From Guillardia theta CCMP2712 (Eukaryota > Protista > Cryptophyta), in assembly GCF_000315625.1 (NCBI RefSeq), contig NW_005434649.1, positions 248,001 through 312,000 of the forward strand: a stretch of DNA of 64,000 nucleotides. The letters are read 5' to 3'. Positions 23,832 to 39,771 of this stretch are shown piece by piece. Every line of letters starts with the position of its first letter. Position 1 is the first letter of the stretch. Under the pieces are notes generated by a model that was not told the DNA's origin, did no database searches, and saw nothing but the letters and a program-made list of their open reading frames with translations. Made by a program: the position numbers and the translations under genes.

Positions 23832-24698
23832 GATGCAAGGTATGCTCCCACTTGCTTGCAGGCTGAGTCAACTTCAGTATGCTGATACTTCACCATGTTG
23901 CCGCACTAGCCGGTCTATTCACGCAGTTACCGCACCAGCCTGACTGCCTGTTGGATCAGTTAGAGGTAACCACTATTGTTACTTTTCGTCACACACATTT
24001 TCATCCGGCTTTCATCGCCAGGGCGACAGAAGAGCAAGAGAAGCTGATAAAAAGAGATCCAAAGGAGGCACCAGCGTGCAAGCAGAGAGAGACAAACAGA
24101 AGATGAGCGAAACTAAAATGACATATGGATCTTCTTTGTTAGAGCGTCGATCTGCGGTGGAAGAAGCTATATTAGTCAAGATCGCAAGACACTCTTCTCA
24201 ACAACCACTTTTCCGAGGTTTGCCATTCCTCTGGATATGACTGGGCCGCGGAAAGGAAGATGGTTTGACGGACCCATAGAAACATGGCTAGATGTATGTT
24301 TTTGGGCAAGATGAGGTCGCTGATGGACATGACTGAAGTTCTCCGAAGGTGAATGCTTCATGCAGAGCAAAATGCTGAATTAACGGGCATAGGGATTGAA
24401 AAGCAGGGATTTGTGTTGGAAAGTCAATCCCGAACCGAGCATTATGTGCTCCTTGGTAGGGATGGATGGTTTGACTGATCTAGGTGAACTTACATGTCAA
24501 CTTCATGTTTTGCCCATCTTCCTTTTGATCAGAAGTGCAGGTCATAGCATTTGTGTTAGCCACCACGAGGGATTCTGCTCACCTGAAGATGCTTTATCTC
24601 CAAATCTCACAATTCAGGCAACTCAACTTTGCTATAGAAGTAGATGGAGGTCGCGCCTGGATCGTCTCAAGATTGATGTCCTTCGAATGCAAGGCTAA
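23832..24698 (+). CDS. Possible small spliced gene of unknown function
   Basis: Several GT..AG intron-like segments join open frames (…GRWFDGPIETWLD|…GIEKQGFVLESQSRTEHYVLLG); no domain recognised. Confidence 0.3.
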
Positions 24699-25329
24699 CA
24701 CAGATCCTCAGAATCCAGATAAACAAGTCGAGAAAGATTTCAGATTGGTCTGTGAGATTGATCAGCATAGGCTCTGAGTAGATTGACAAGAGTTGAGGAA
24801 AGGGACAGCAAGAAATCAAGTTTTTGGATCAGCAAGTGTTGGTTTTCGCTCCCTGGAGCCAGTGTTTGGAACAATGAGTAAGATAATGTAGAGATTGAAA
24901 GCAACCTTGAAGAGTAGATGATGAACGATCAAAGAGGCAGGAAGAATGATCAATTGTTTAGGAAGAACACAGATTCTTCAGGGAAGAAGAGACTCAGATC
25001 GGAGATCAGCCTTTGTCTTCAAGGGTGAAGCGACACAGTCGGAATGGTTTTGTCCGGACAGTTGTTCAACAGTTGGGTTTGAGGAAGTGTGATACCCCTT
25101 CCCAGGCTTCTTCTCATAACGCAGCCATGATCATATTATATGCGTCTTGAGCTTGATGAGCGAAAGGATTCATTGTTTCACACTGTAGTCTTCATCTCAG
25201 TACATTTCACATCCTCAAACAAACCACATCGCCGGGCCAAACAGCTAGTGGTAATGATAAAATCAAGCCCCCTTTTCTTCATCCGAAATAGATCCGAGTA
25301 CTCAGTAAAAAAGAGGAGTTTAGTAGGAG

Positions 25330-25385
25330 TTTGGTACAAATATTTATATTTATTTATAAATATTTGTTTAAATATTTGTACCAAA
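25330..25385. repeat. AT-rich 17-bp perfect inverted repeat (cruciform-prone)
   Basis: TTTGGTACAAATATTTA (25330-25346) / TAAATATTTGTACCAAA (25369-25385). Confidence 0.85.
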
Positions 25386-25576
25386 ACTCGTTGGAAGTTG
25401 ATTTTCGGGACACACCCATTTACTACCCCTCGTCCCGTATAGTTCACCCAGGGGTGGAGTCAACACCCTGTGCGATATAAAGTAAAGTCCTTTCACCGCG
25501 GCGCCTGCGAGTCCGAGGTATCCATGGTAAGAGCATAGTCGTCGCCTCCCGCCTCTGTACTCATCGAACCTGCACC

Positions 25577-26085
25577 ATGTGGCCTTGTGAAGATGATTCT
25601 TCGTCTTGTATGACCTCTGCTTCAAACATCAAGATGATTCTTTGTCTTATATGACCTCTGCCTCAAACCTCATCCTTGACCGAATCGAACTTGACCGCCT
25701 CAGTTGGCGCTTTGAAAGCTCTGACTGCCTTGATTTCTCTCAGTTTGCGGACATCAGTCATCTTCAGGGCCTCTTCAGCACCTCCTGGCCTTTGACCACC
25801 ATCACTGACGATCAAAACCTGAGAGTCGAAGGAAACATTGGCGACGCTTGGAACTATGGGTCTGCCAGCTACCACCACAGAGAATTCGGCGGATCCAGCG
25901 GCAAGACTCACTACCTGACATCCTCGGGCGAGAGTGTGTATGGCCCCTATGGAACCGACCATACCATCTTCGGTAAGTTTGGCGTCAGTGACAGCGCTTA
26001 TGATGCGTTCGACCCTGATCGCATCAAAATGTGCGACTACCCACACGACCAGATCTGGGCCGGATATACCGCGTGTCAAGGCTAA
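25577..26085 (+). pseudogene. Probable gene fragment or pseudogene, frame-shifted by a 41-bp tandem duplication
   Basis: ORF 25606-26085 has protein-like composition but no ATG at its start; an upstream ATG (MWPCEDDSSSCMTSASN) is put out of frame by the duplication 25590-25630 / 25631-25671. Confidence 0.4.
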
Positions 26086-27454
26086 TTGCACTCGAGCACA
26101 ATGCCGTGCCGGTCGGACCTGGTGTGTCGCTGCGAGAATATCGGAGGGCGTGTATGCACTCCTTCAGATGACGCCGAGTCTGTAATAAATCACCATGTTT
26201 TGGTCTAGCAAGGGTTTCCCCCCCCGTATCGCATCGTGGTAGTGATTGAGTGGAGGTGGAGTAGCTGAAAACTCACGACGGCACTGAGAAGCTTCAGCCT
26301 CGCAGGGTCTGGAAGCCAGTGAGAGCTCGTAGGAAGACAAAGCGGGTAAGACAGGGGACGACCCACTGCGTACGAGCAGTAAGGAAGACAGAGCAGCATC
26401 TAAGGCTGGCTCCTGTCAACTTGAAGACAAATGAGCGAGGTCGCCTGCTCCTCAGGCAGACGGGTCTTTTCTCCTCAAGCTCAGCGGCTTCGGTTTGCTT
26501 GAGGAGATAGCTGATGATAATTCGGTTGTAGAGGCAAGCCTAGGATGAGCGAAGGGTATGTCCAGCTGTCGTCTTGCACGCGTAGACGATCAGATCCTAG
26601 TATACGCATGCGTTCGCAAGAGCAGGGAATCTACCCGGCTAGAGTGGACAACGATGACAGAGGGAGGTGGTTTTAGCTGCAAGAGATCTCGAGCTCGTCG
26701 ATTTTCTTGAACTTTTGTAGAGCCAAAGCCTTGTAACGACTCGACAAAAAATCCCCCACATACTTCAACACTATAAAAGAATCGGCGAGCGACATGTTCT
26801 ACCTTCGTCGAATCCAAAGCCTGAACCATCGTAAATCAATGATTGGACCCAGCGAGATTGGTTGCCAAAAGTTATTTGACTCCAGCACAAACTTCAACAA
26901 CACACATCAAGTGACTTAGAAGTTCAATCACTCTGTGTACATGTAACTACATGTAACTCGATTCTTTTCAAAACCATGAGCTCAGTGTCCGCCTCTCCTA
27001 CCTCGCGCAGCTGGAAACCCTGGAAACTTCAGAAGAACAATATCTTCATTGACTGAAAAAGAAAGGCAAATATCAGTCTGGCTCTTGAATGAAATGATAT
27101 AGCCGGTACCAATCTAAAAGAGCACCCGTACAGAATCCCCGGGCTGCCGTGGGTGGTAACGATTATTGCAAGTACAAACCTTGGTCATGGGAAAAGAGCA
27201 AACACATGTTAGGGATAAGAACTTAGAAGAATTCGAAGCTGGGCTTTGCATGCTGCAATTAACAAACCATCACTGAACGAAATATTACAAGAAAACCAAT
27301 ACGGTCAAAGGATAGGCGCGGAGGTAGGAGGGAGCCTGGGAGAGTGGATGCACTGAGAAGTGAGCCGTGTAGGTGGTGTGCGACAAGAAAGATGAAGAAG
27401 CCTGAGGCACGAGACGGAGAGCAATTATTTGAAATCTTTCACTCTTTCACTCTT

Positions 27455-28794
27455 TCAATGCGTATCGTGCGGATGCAGTTGGACTGGCTTGTCCCGGGTT
27501 GGTGTCGACTTGCTCTTGATCCCGCCTGCAAACATCCATCATGTCGAGCGATGATCGATCATGTCTCCGCACCTATCAAGTGCTCGTGGAAGAATCCTCT
27601 ATGGCAACAGTTTGTATCTCTGCAGACGTTGGGCCCAAGTGCCTGGTGGGATGCGACACGGAATCAGAAGAAGCATGCGAGGCTCTTGGATCAGCCTACC
27701 TGCTCAGCCGCTGATCTATCCATCTGTGCCCTAAAAAGCAATGTACTTCAGTTTCGACAAGGTCGCCTTAAAACTTTGCATGTATTGGTCTTTACCTCGA
27801 GAAAGTCTTGGAGCCAAGCTCTCGGTCAATCCTCAACTTCGACTGGAACGACGTGTGGAAGGACCCACCTTCATCCTCTGACCCCGAGTCACTCTCATCC
27901 TCGCTCTCGTCGTGCCGAGATGCTGCAGAATTCTTCCCCCGTTGCTCCTCCAGCCTTGAAGTCTGGCAGTCCTCCTTGCTCTTGTGAAGGATTCCAGCCT
28001 GATTCAGCCAAGCTTGAAACACGGCAGCGCCGACCGAGTCCATCAGAACAAACTGTCTCAATGCAGCTCCCATTACGCGAGAGACGATGACGGTGTGACG
28101 GCAGCAGACGAGGGCAGGAAAGTCTGTCACGTGAAGGCTGCCTCTGAGTTCGTCCCCTTGCCGTGAATTCAGCGTCGTGCAAAGGAAGCACGTCCCAACA
28201 AACTGATGCGCAAGAGAGCGCATGTTCTTGAGGATTCCACCTGATAGCTCTCCTTCTGACGAACCTGGTTCAGCGGCTCGGTCGACAAGCACTACAAGAT
28301 GGACTCCGGCCATGATCAATTGGAGGACCTTGCCTGCATCCGTCACTTCTACCTCGCCATATCGCACATCAAGTTGCTGCTGCTCCTTGGAGCTGTTCGA
28401 CTTGTTGCTTCTCACCAGCTCCTCCATTCTAGCATTGCGGATCATCATCAGCTCTGCATCGTCGTCGACGTCTTCCAAAGCACGATCGATCTCATCCTCG
28501 GTCAAGGCGTTGGGATAGTCAGGGATCGGGATGCTCTGGATGCTGCTGGTTGGTTTGCAAAACACTTCCTCCTCGTAGAATATGCGCGACTTGTCGACCA
28601 ATGGAGCCGGCATGGCTTTTCGCACCTTCCCAACCATGTCACGAGCGCCATGGTAGAAGATAGAAGGAGGAGCGCACCGTATCTAACTTCACCTGGAAAG
28701 ACGTCCTTTCTCGCATCTCTCGCCTGCAAGAAAGAACAGCATGAACGGAAAGAGCTCAGTATGGCAGGGGAACGTACCGACAGCACATGGCCAT
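27455..28794 (-). CDS. Phosducin/thioredoxin-like protein with a C-terminal Cys/His motif
   Basis: DDDAELMMIRNARMEEL...YGEVEV...LAHQFVGTCF...FPALVCCRHTVIV (phosducin-like); spliced ends MAMCCR and CRDTNCCHRGFFHEH. Confidence 0.75.
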
Positions 28795-30007
28795 TGTAGG
28801 ATCATGCTCAAAATCTACCATGTCTTCGAAACCTTCCATCTAGAAACATCAAAATTTCAGGATCCTGCCTTGATCACATATAAATTTGATCTCGTCGTCA
28901 CATGGAAACTCAGACGGCAGTCCAACCTCTTTCTCCATTGATATGCATACTATTCCATCATGTACCTTGCCTTCAAAACTCCTTTCGCCAATTATTCATC
29001 ATCATGGCCGCCTTTTCCTATCCCCTTCCTTGCTTCACCCTCTGCATGCTCCCCCCCAACAGTATCTACTTGTAAGTGTCATTCTGCCATCAATCTCTCG
29101 AGCACACCTACAGGTAGCACGCATGCTCGTATTCGAGAAATCGCCGCCATGATCGCAGCATTGTACACCATCAGCCTACTTGGTCTAGCCCCTCCTGCCT
29201 TCCTCAGTCTGCCGCTGGCCCTCACTTCCATGTCTAGACCATGGAGCCTCCTCCTCCTCTCCCTCTCCCTTCTCCTCACCATCACTCGTTCCCTCCTAGT
29301 TCCTCTCCTCGTGCTCCTTCAGCTTCATTCTTCGCCGTTCCCTCGCATTCCCTTGGCATTCCATCGCCATGCATGGAATAATCGGATGGGGTAGGGGTTA
29401 GAAAGTACGGGTGTATACAACTACAAAAAGTGGGGTTTACAGAACCAATATTGGAAGTTGTGGGGTGGGGTAGATCTCATTGTCTTGCAGGGGTAGGGGT
29501 ATCCGTCATGGGAAGGGCGGATGAGTACTGTAGCGTGCGAGGATCATGGCAAGTGATGGGAAGGAGAGCAGTAGGACGCAGATCACAAGAGCGAGGACAC
29601 CGACGATGACGAGGAGGAGAACGAGGAGGAGGAGGAGAACGAGGAGGAGGAGGGGAGCAGGGACGAGGGAGCCATAGTTCAGACGTCTGGGTCGCAGAGG
29701 GTATCAGTTCACCATGAGCGCATGAAGCGAGATTTCAGTTTCAAGGTAGGGGATCAGCAGGCCACCACACCGAGGATCCTTAGAAGAAGCAGGAGGCACA
29801 ATATTCCAGTTGTTGCCAGCAGGAGAGTTCCACTAGGAGGGTTATGTCAGAGGGACGAGGATCAGACGGTGTGGAGCTTGCAAAATCTTTTAACGTGCCA
29901 TCGGCGATGTAGAACTGAATGGCAGCGACTGTGCGAGAGCAGAAGCTGCACACAATCTTGCTCGAAGAAGAGTCTCTGTGTCTGCCAGGAAATTCACAGG
30001 GTAGCAG

Positions 30008-30474
30008 ATGGGGATAGAGAGCAAAGAGATCGCCGAGAAGCAGCAGCAGCCTCCCGTCCCCTCTGTGGATGACGACAGGTACTTGCCTTGTATTGCTGGG
30101 TACGAGGAGGATTTACGGCATGTGCAACAAGTAGCGATGAGGAGGCTGGTCCCATGCCTCCGCCAAGCCATCCAAACAAGAAGCGAAAGGTTCGAAATCT
30201 TCTCTCACTCTCTCTCGATCCCCTCTCCTCTTAGTGTACCTCTCCGTCGCTTGCGTCCCCCCCCATCCTCCCGCAAGCTGCTTCTCGTGAAAGGGCGGCA
30301 GGTGCTCGAGTTCCAGCAAGTCTTCTTGGACCATCTGCCGAGCGCGCAGCTCTACGAGGTTTGACTGATCCTTGTTGGCGTTCCGAGTGAGAGCAGGCGC
30401 AGAGAAGCTACATGCACCAGAACCAAGTGCTGCACGTGAAGTTCACCAAGACAAACTTTCTCATTACTGGAAGG

Positions 30475-30507
<33 letters not shown>

Positions 30508-30530
30508 CGACGACGACGACGATAATGACG

Positions 30531-30562
<32 letters not shown>

Positions 30563-30617
30563 AATGATGATGATGATGATGATGATGATAATGATGATGA
30601 TGATGATGATGATGATA

Positions 30618-30656
<39 letters not shown>

Positions 30657-33600
30657 CTGATAGAAGGAGGAGGAGGAGGAGGAGGAGAGAATGTCTTTCT
30701 TCTCATCGCAGAGGAGCACGGGCGGGTGAAAGGTCTGACGAGCTTGTCGATCCCTTCAGCGCGGAGGGCCACATCAAGTTCTGGAAGAAGAAATCGAAAG
30801 AGATCGAGTTTGTGAAGAGGTTTTTTGCACATCTTGGGCCAGTGACAAGCATGGCGGTCTCTCTTGATGGTCTGAGTTGACTTGCTAGTCGACCATGTCT
30901 GATTGCGGCTGTAGGAGTTTGGATGTGCTCGGTCAGCAGCAAAGACAAGGTAGTTTCAGTGTAGAATTGCTGCTGTTGTGCTCTTGCAAGGATTGGTTGT
31001 TGTTCGTTATGAGCGGATATGGGATGAGTTGGGCGCACGTTGATTGATTGTTCAAACATTGATCTATGACTTGTTCGCTGAATGATTGATGGAGATTTCT
31101 CTGAAGAAGTTTCGTGAGAGATGGCTGACTGTTTCTAGGTCCTGAATGTATTCGATGTCATCAATTTCGACATGGTGAACCGAATCCAACTTGACTTCAC
31201 GTAAGTTCTTCCTATCATGACGACAAGAATCTTTAAATGCCATCGAAATACTATCGACCGCGATGTTTGTCCTTGATAGTAGCAGTAACTACACAAGCAG
31301 TTTCTTGCTTTTGTTGTGTGATGGTGTTGTTGTCTTCGATTTCAACCTTTTGACCTCAATGGTTTTGTCTGCACTGTTTTCGCGGCAGTGATGATTGACG
31401 GCACCGCTGCTTGTTGTTGTGCTTGTCTTGATCTCTGATCGCTTCACCTATCAGACCGAGTCGGGTCGAGTGGATCTCGAGGGCAGGAGCCAATAAAATG
31501 CTGATTGCGATTGCATGCGCAGACTCAGGTCAGTGTACTGCTGTTCCTCTGGTGGAAACTGACGTTGCTGTTGTCATGGAAGGCGATATTAAGGTGTTCG
31601 ACTCCAAGGGAAGCAACAAGGAACTGGTAACGCGATGTTTTGAATCTCAGCTAGAGTGGAGGACAAGGACAAGGGAGGAGGGACGACTTGGAAGCGAGGA
31701 TGGAGCAGGGAGCAGGGAGGAGGAAGGAAGGGAGGATGAAGACGCTGCTGACGTCAACGACAACAGAAGGTGGTCTCCCTCCACAAGCACCCCGTCTGTG
31801 CGATGTGTTTCCATCCTCAGGTGAGGCTGCTCGTCTTGACGCGTCTGGATGAGTTTCTGACGCCCGACAGCTGGAAGCCGTCATCTCCACAGACAAGAAG
31901 GGGATCATCGAGATGTGGGACCCCGACACCCTCCAGGTGCAGCTGAACCCCTGCAGGGTTGCCGTGCGTGAACCTTCTGCTGTCTTCCCTCACCTCCTCC
32001 TCATCCCACTCTCGACCTCTACTCCTCTCTGCTGGTTCCCCCATCCTCCTCTTTCTCCTCCTCTTCCTCTTTCTCCACAACTCCTCACCTCCTCTTTCAG
32101 ATTCCTTCCGGCGTCAAGTTTCGGTTCAAGTCAGACACAGACTTGTACGAGCTTGCTAAGGTCCTCCAGCTAAGTTCCTTCCTACTCGTCGCTCTGACGA
32201 TTCTCCCGTCAAACAGACTCGCTCGTTCGCCTACTCGCTGGACTTAAGCCCTGACGGAGATCTCGTGGCTGCCATGTGTTCGGACAAGCAGGTACAGTGG
32301 ACAACAAGAGGCGCAGGGGGGGGACAAGCAGGAGGGGAGGAGCAGGAGGGAGAAACAAGAGCAGCAGTAGCAGCAGCAGCAGGGGCAGCAGCAGGAAGAG
32401 GAGGGAGAACAGACTGAACAATCAGGGAGATGATGATCTGACTGTCATCGGAATAATGGGTCCTGGCTGACGCATGCTCGTCACAGGTCAGGATCTGGAG
32501 ATGCCTCACGGGCAAGTTGTTCAAGGTGAGACGAGGGTTTCAAGGAGGAGAAGTTTGAGAGGTCGACCAGAAAATCGACGAGTCACTTTCAGCGCTTTCA
32601 TCTTCTCAAGCAGAGGTAAAGTATCTCATCGGCTGCTGACTTGAAAGTCAGCATTGTCAGCACCATGTCGCAAGTCCTCCCCTGCTTTCCTTCCTAGTTT
32701 TCTCCTCACAACAACCTTTCATCCTCTTATGCCTCATCTTGCATTTCATCCTCGCCCCTCCCCTCCCCTCCCTTACGTTCTCATAGGGAGGAAACATGGC
32801 CCTTGACGCTCTTGACTTCGGTCGTCGAATGGTGAGAGCACATGAGAGGACGAGACGGGAAATGACGTGTGAGCAGGCGGTGGAGAAGGAGATGGAGTCG
32901 AACAAGTCAAAGTGAGGAGGAGGAGGAGAGAAGGAGGAGGAGGAGGAGGAGGAGGAAGAGGAGGAAGAGGAGGAGGAGGAGGAACTCACGGGCATCGTCA
33001 GCGATGATTCCTGCATGCCGAACGCGATCTTCGATCAAAGTGGAAAGCTTTTGCTCTACGGCTCTCTGATCGGTGAGATCCGGACGCAAGAAAGTATCAG
33101 GAGGTGGGGAGAGAACGAGACTAGGAATGGAACAAGGGAAGGGGAGGGAGAAAAAGGGAAGATGGCGGTACAGGAGGGCAGAAACGAGGGAAGAGAACAA
33201 GGGGGGGGAGGAAATGCAAGGAACGGCAAGGCAGGGCAGGGAGCATGTTGGAGGGAGCATAGTCTTCTGTTAGTCTGACGGCATGTTTAGGCATCAAGGT
33301 TGTCAACCTAGTGGAGAACAAGGTCATGAGGGTGCTGGGAAAGGTGACGAGCTGCTGCTCTTTGACCCGGCTGACGCGGCAGCCAGCCCGAGTCAAGTGA
33401 AAGATTCCTCTCCCTCTCCCTCTATCAGGTAATTGCTCCTCTACCCCGCCTCTTCCCTCCTACCCGCCCGTGCTCCGCCCCCCCCCCTCCCTTCCTCTCC
33501 CCTTCCTCTCTCCTACCTCCTCCCTTCCTTTCCCTCCCATGTCTACTCTCGACACTCATCTCTCCCAATCTCCCACTCCCGACAACCTTTGCATCCTGCA

Positions 33601-35198
33601 AGTTTTACTTTCTCTTCCTTCCCTGTCTTGCGCTTGATCTATCTTGATGTGCCTGCAGGGAAGACAAGAAAAAGTATTTCAAGAGGAGGTAAGCTGAAAT
33701 CTCTATGCACCCTTTCCCTTTCTCCCTTCATAGTGTACTTCCTCATTCAGCTTTCCCTCCCTCCCTCCCTTCTTTCCTCTCTCCCTGCGTTCCTCCTCTC
33801 TCTCTCCTTTCTTTTTCCTCCCTTCCTCTCACCTTGAAATCCTTCGCTCCTCTTCCTTCCTCTCTCCTCCTTCATCAAGGTTGATCGTCCCGTTCCCGGC
33901 AGCTGGAGATCGATCCCATACTTTGCGCCACGTCCTATGGCAAGAGCCGTTTCTACTTGTTCTCCAAGAGAGAGCCTGCGACGAGCGGAGGTAAAACAAG
34001 GGAGGGGAGAGGGGAAAGGAGTTGTGGGGAGGAGGAGAAGGAGGAGGAGAGGAGGAGAGGAGGAGGAGGAGGAGGAGGAGAGGAGGAGGAGATGGTGGTG
34101 GTGGTGGTGAGAAGGAGGGGGAGGAGGAGGAAGAGGAGGAGGAGGNNNNNNNNNNNNNNNNNNNNNNNNNNNNNNNNNNNNNNNNNNNNNNNNNNNNNNN
34201 NNNNNNNNNNNNNNNNNNNNNNNNNNNNNNNNNNNNNNNNNNNNNCCCTCCCTCCCTCCCTCCCTCCCTCCCCTCCCCCCCCCCCCCTCCCCCCTCCTCC
34301 CTCCGCCCCCCCCCCCCCCACCCCCACCCACCCACCCTCGCTCTCCTCCTCTCCTCTCTCTCTCTCCTCCTCTCTCCCTCTCTCCCCCCTTTTTCCTCTC
34401 CCTCCCCTCCCTCCCTCCCTCCCTCCCCTCTCTCTCTCTTTCTCTCTGCTCTCCTCGCTTATTTTCATGCTCATTTCTTTTCACGCCTGTCCTGTCCCTC
34501 ATCTCCTCCTCTTCTCACTGCTGCGCTTCCTGGGCTGTAAGCTAACAAGAGAGGTAGGCGGCATCGAAGAAGCTCGGCAGAGGAGCCGTCATTCACACCA
34601 CCATGGGCGACATCACCATCAAGCTTTTCCCCGAGGAGTGCCCGAAGACGGTTCTCCCTGCCCTCCCAATCCTCTCCCCCTTCCTCTCTCCTTTTCCCCC
34701 CCTCGTTTCTCTCTCCTCTTCCTTCTTTCCCTTGTCTTCGCCCCACTCGCTCCTCCTTCTCTCCCTCCTACTCATACGCTGCAGGTCGAAAACTTCTGCA
34801 CGCACGCCAAGAACGGATACTACAACGGCGTGATCTTCCACCGCGTCATCAAGTCCTTCATGCTCCAGACGGGCGACCCGCTCGGAGATGGGACAGGTTT
34901 GACAGCTGGAGGAGGAGGAAGAGATGGAGGAGGAAGAGGAGGAGGAGGAGGAGGAGGAGGAAGGGGGTTGAGGGTGGGGGGAAGAGGAGAAGAGATGGAA
35001 AGATGAGAGGTGGGAAATAAGAAGGTCGTTTGAGAAGTGTGAGAGACAAGATGGATTCTGAAAGAGGATTTGCAACTGCATGAGGAGGATGAGAATTCGG
35101 TCTGGGAGGAGATGATGTGAGTCATGTAGGCGGAACTTCTATCTGGGGAACTGAGTTCGAAGATGAGTTTCACCGCTCGCTGCGCCATGACAGGTTTT

Positions 35199-35237
<39 letters not shown>

Positions 35238-35252
35238 CTGCTCCTGCTCCTT

Positions 35253-35320
<68 letters not shown>

Positions 35321-35930
35321 GCTGCTCCTGCTCCTGTTTTCCTCACTTTTTCTCCTCCTTTCACCTCCCCGTCCTTCCTTCGTTTCTTCTCCTCACTACT
35401 TTCAGGCCCTTCACCGTCTCCATGGCCAACGCTGGGCCGAACACCAACGGCTCTCAATTCTTTATCACCTCTGTCCCCACCCCCTGGCTGGATAACAAGG
35501 TTTCCCCCTCACCCCATCTCCTGCTCCTGCTCCTGCTACTCTTCCTCCCTCTCTTCCTGCAACTCCACATGTCCTTCCTCCTCCTGCATCTCCTCATTGT
35601 CATCATTCACGATCTCATAAGTTGCTTATCTTGTCGCGCAGCACACAGTCTTTGGGAGGTGCGTCAAGGGCATGGACGTTGTGCAGGTACTGTGCAGGGA
35701 TCCAAGAACTAAGAGGAAGAGGGCGTTGAAGGGAGGAGGGGGAGTGTGGTGGAGGGAGGGAGGAGTACAGAGGATGGAGGAAGAGGGAGGATGCGGCAGG
35801 AAGAGGAGAAGGCTTGCGTGATGTGTCGCAGGCCATCGAGAACGTTCGGACCAACAAGGAGGACAAGCCCTGGGAGGACATCAGCATCGTCAGCATCCGC
35901 GTGCTGGACCAGACGCCTTCAGCCAAGTAG
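30008..35930 (+). CDS. PPWD1: WD40-repeat cyclophilin PPWD1/CYP71, many exons
   Basis: GPMPP..KKRK|[19 protein letters not shown]|RSYMH; GHIKFWKK; [19 protein letters not shown]|VENF; [21 protein letters not shown]; [16 protein letters not shown]; WLDNK|HTVFG. Confidence 0.95.
30475..30658. repeat. (ATG)n microsatellite in a PPWD1 intron
   Basis: Direct reading of the sequence. Confidence 0.95.
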
Positions 35931-36070
35931 ACCATCCAGTCAAGCAAGACGAGGAAGGGGAGGAAGACGAGGAGGGGGGGAAGAGGAGGGGAAGAGAGAG
36001 GGAGGGAGGACAATGATTTCTTTACATGCTTCATTCAACTTCTCTTGTCCTAGTTTACATTCCTCCTCCT

Positions 36071-38887
<2,817 letters not shown>

Positions 38888-39771
38888 TCACTCAATCGAT
38901 CTCCTATGATCTCTCTCCATACCAACTCATCCATTCTCTTCCTAACCAGTGTCGCTCCCCCGCCCCCCTTTCTTCCTCCTCCTCCTCCTCCTCCTCCTCC
39001 TCTCTCTCTCTCTCTCTCTCACTGGCTTCCTCGTGTCTAAACCTGCACGTGCATATGGAGGACCCTCATCCCCTCTCATCAATCATCCCCCTCATTCTCA
39101 CATCCTTACGATTCTGAGGCAGGCTTGATATTTAGGCCGTTTTTGAGTGACTTCCCGGCAGTCCAAGTTCCATCTCCACAGAAGGGGTGGGGTGGGAACG
39201 GTCCAGGACGGGAAGGGGTTAAATACAGTGTAATTGAAGGGGTCATGGTTGATCCCACCCTGATCAGGACCCGTGGNNNNNNNNNNNNNNNNNNNNNNNN
39301 NNNNNNNNNNNNNNNNNNNNNNNNNNNNNNNNNNNNNNNNNNNNNNNNNNNNNNNNNNNNNNNNNNNNNNNNNNNNNNNNNNNNNNNNNNNNNNNNNNNN
39401 NNNNNNNNNNNNNNNNNNNNNNNNNNNNNNNNNNNNNNNNNNNNNNNNNNNNNNNNNNNNNNNNNNNNNNNNNNNNNNNNNNNNNNNNNNNNNNNNNNNN
39501 NNNNNNNNNNNNNNNNNNNNNNNNNNNNNGAAGGCGGAGGAGAGAGGAGAAGGGAAAGAGAGGGAAGGGACATGGGTTGAGGGCCATGGTTACTTGTGTC
39601 GTCTATCAGTAGCGTTGCGGTGTGATCTCATGACATACTGAGCAGCAGATGCGGTGTTTAGCTCTCAGTGCTCTTCACAGCACTGATGCTCTTTCAAGTT
39701 CACTGATGGATGTCGCAGAGAGAGTAAGAGATGAGCGGAGCTTATGTGAGCGCAAACTCGGGGGGTCACGT

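Noticed and set aside
26205-27300. Short ORFs between the pseudogene and the phosducin-like gene
   Set aside because: No motifs and no convincing splice structure
30372-30832. Poly-Met, poly-His and poly-Ile ORFs
   Set aside because: Translations of an intronic (ATG)n microsatellite
33993-34545. GA-rich / CT-rich halves suggesting a large intronic foldback
   Set aside because: Low-complexity sequence split by an N gap; may be an assembly effect
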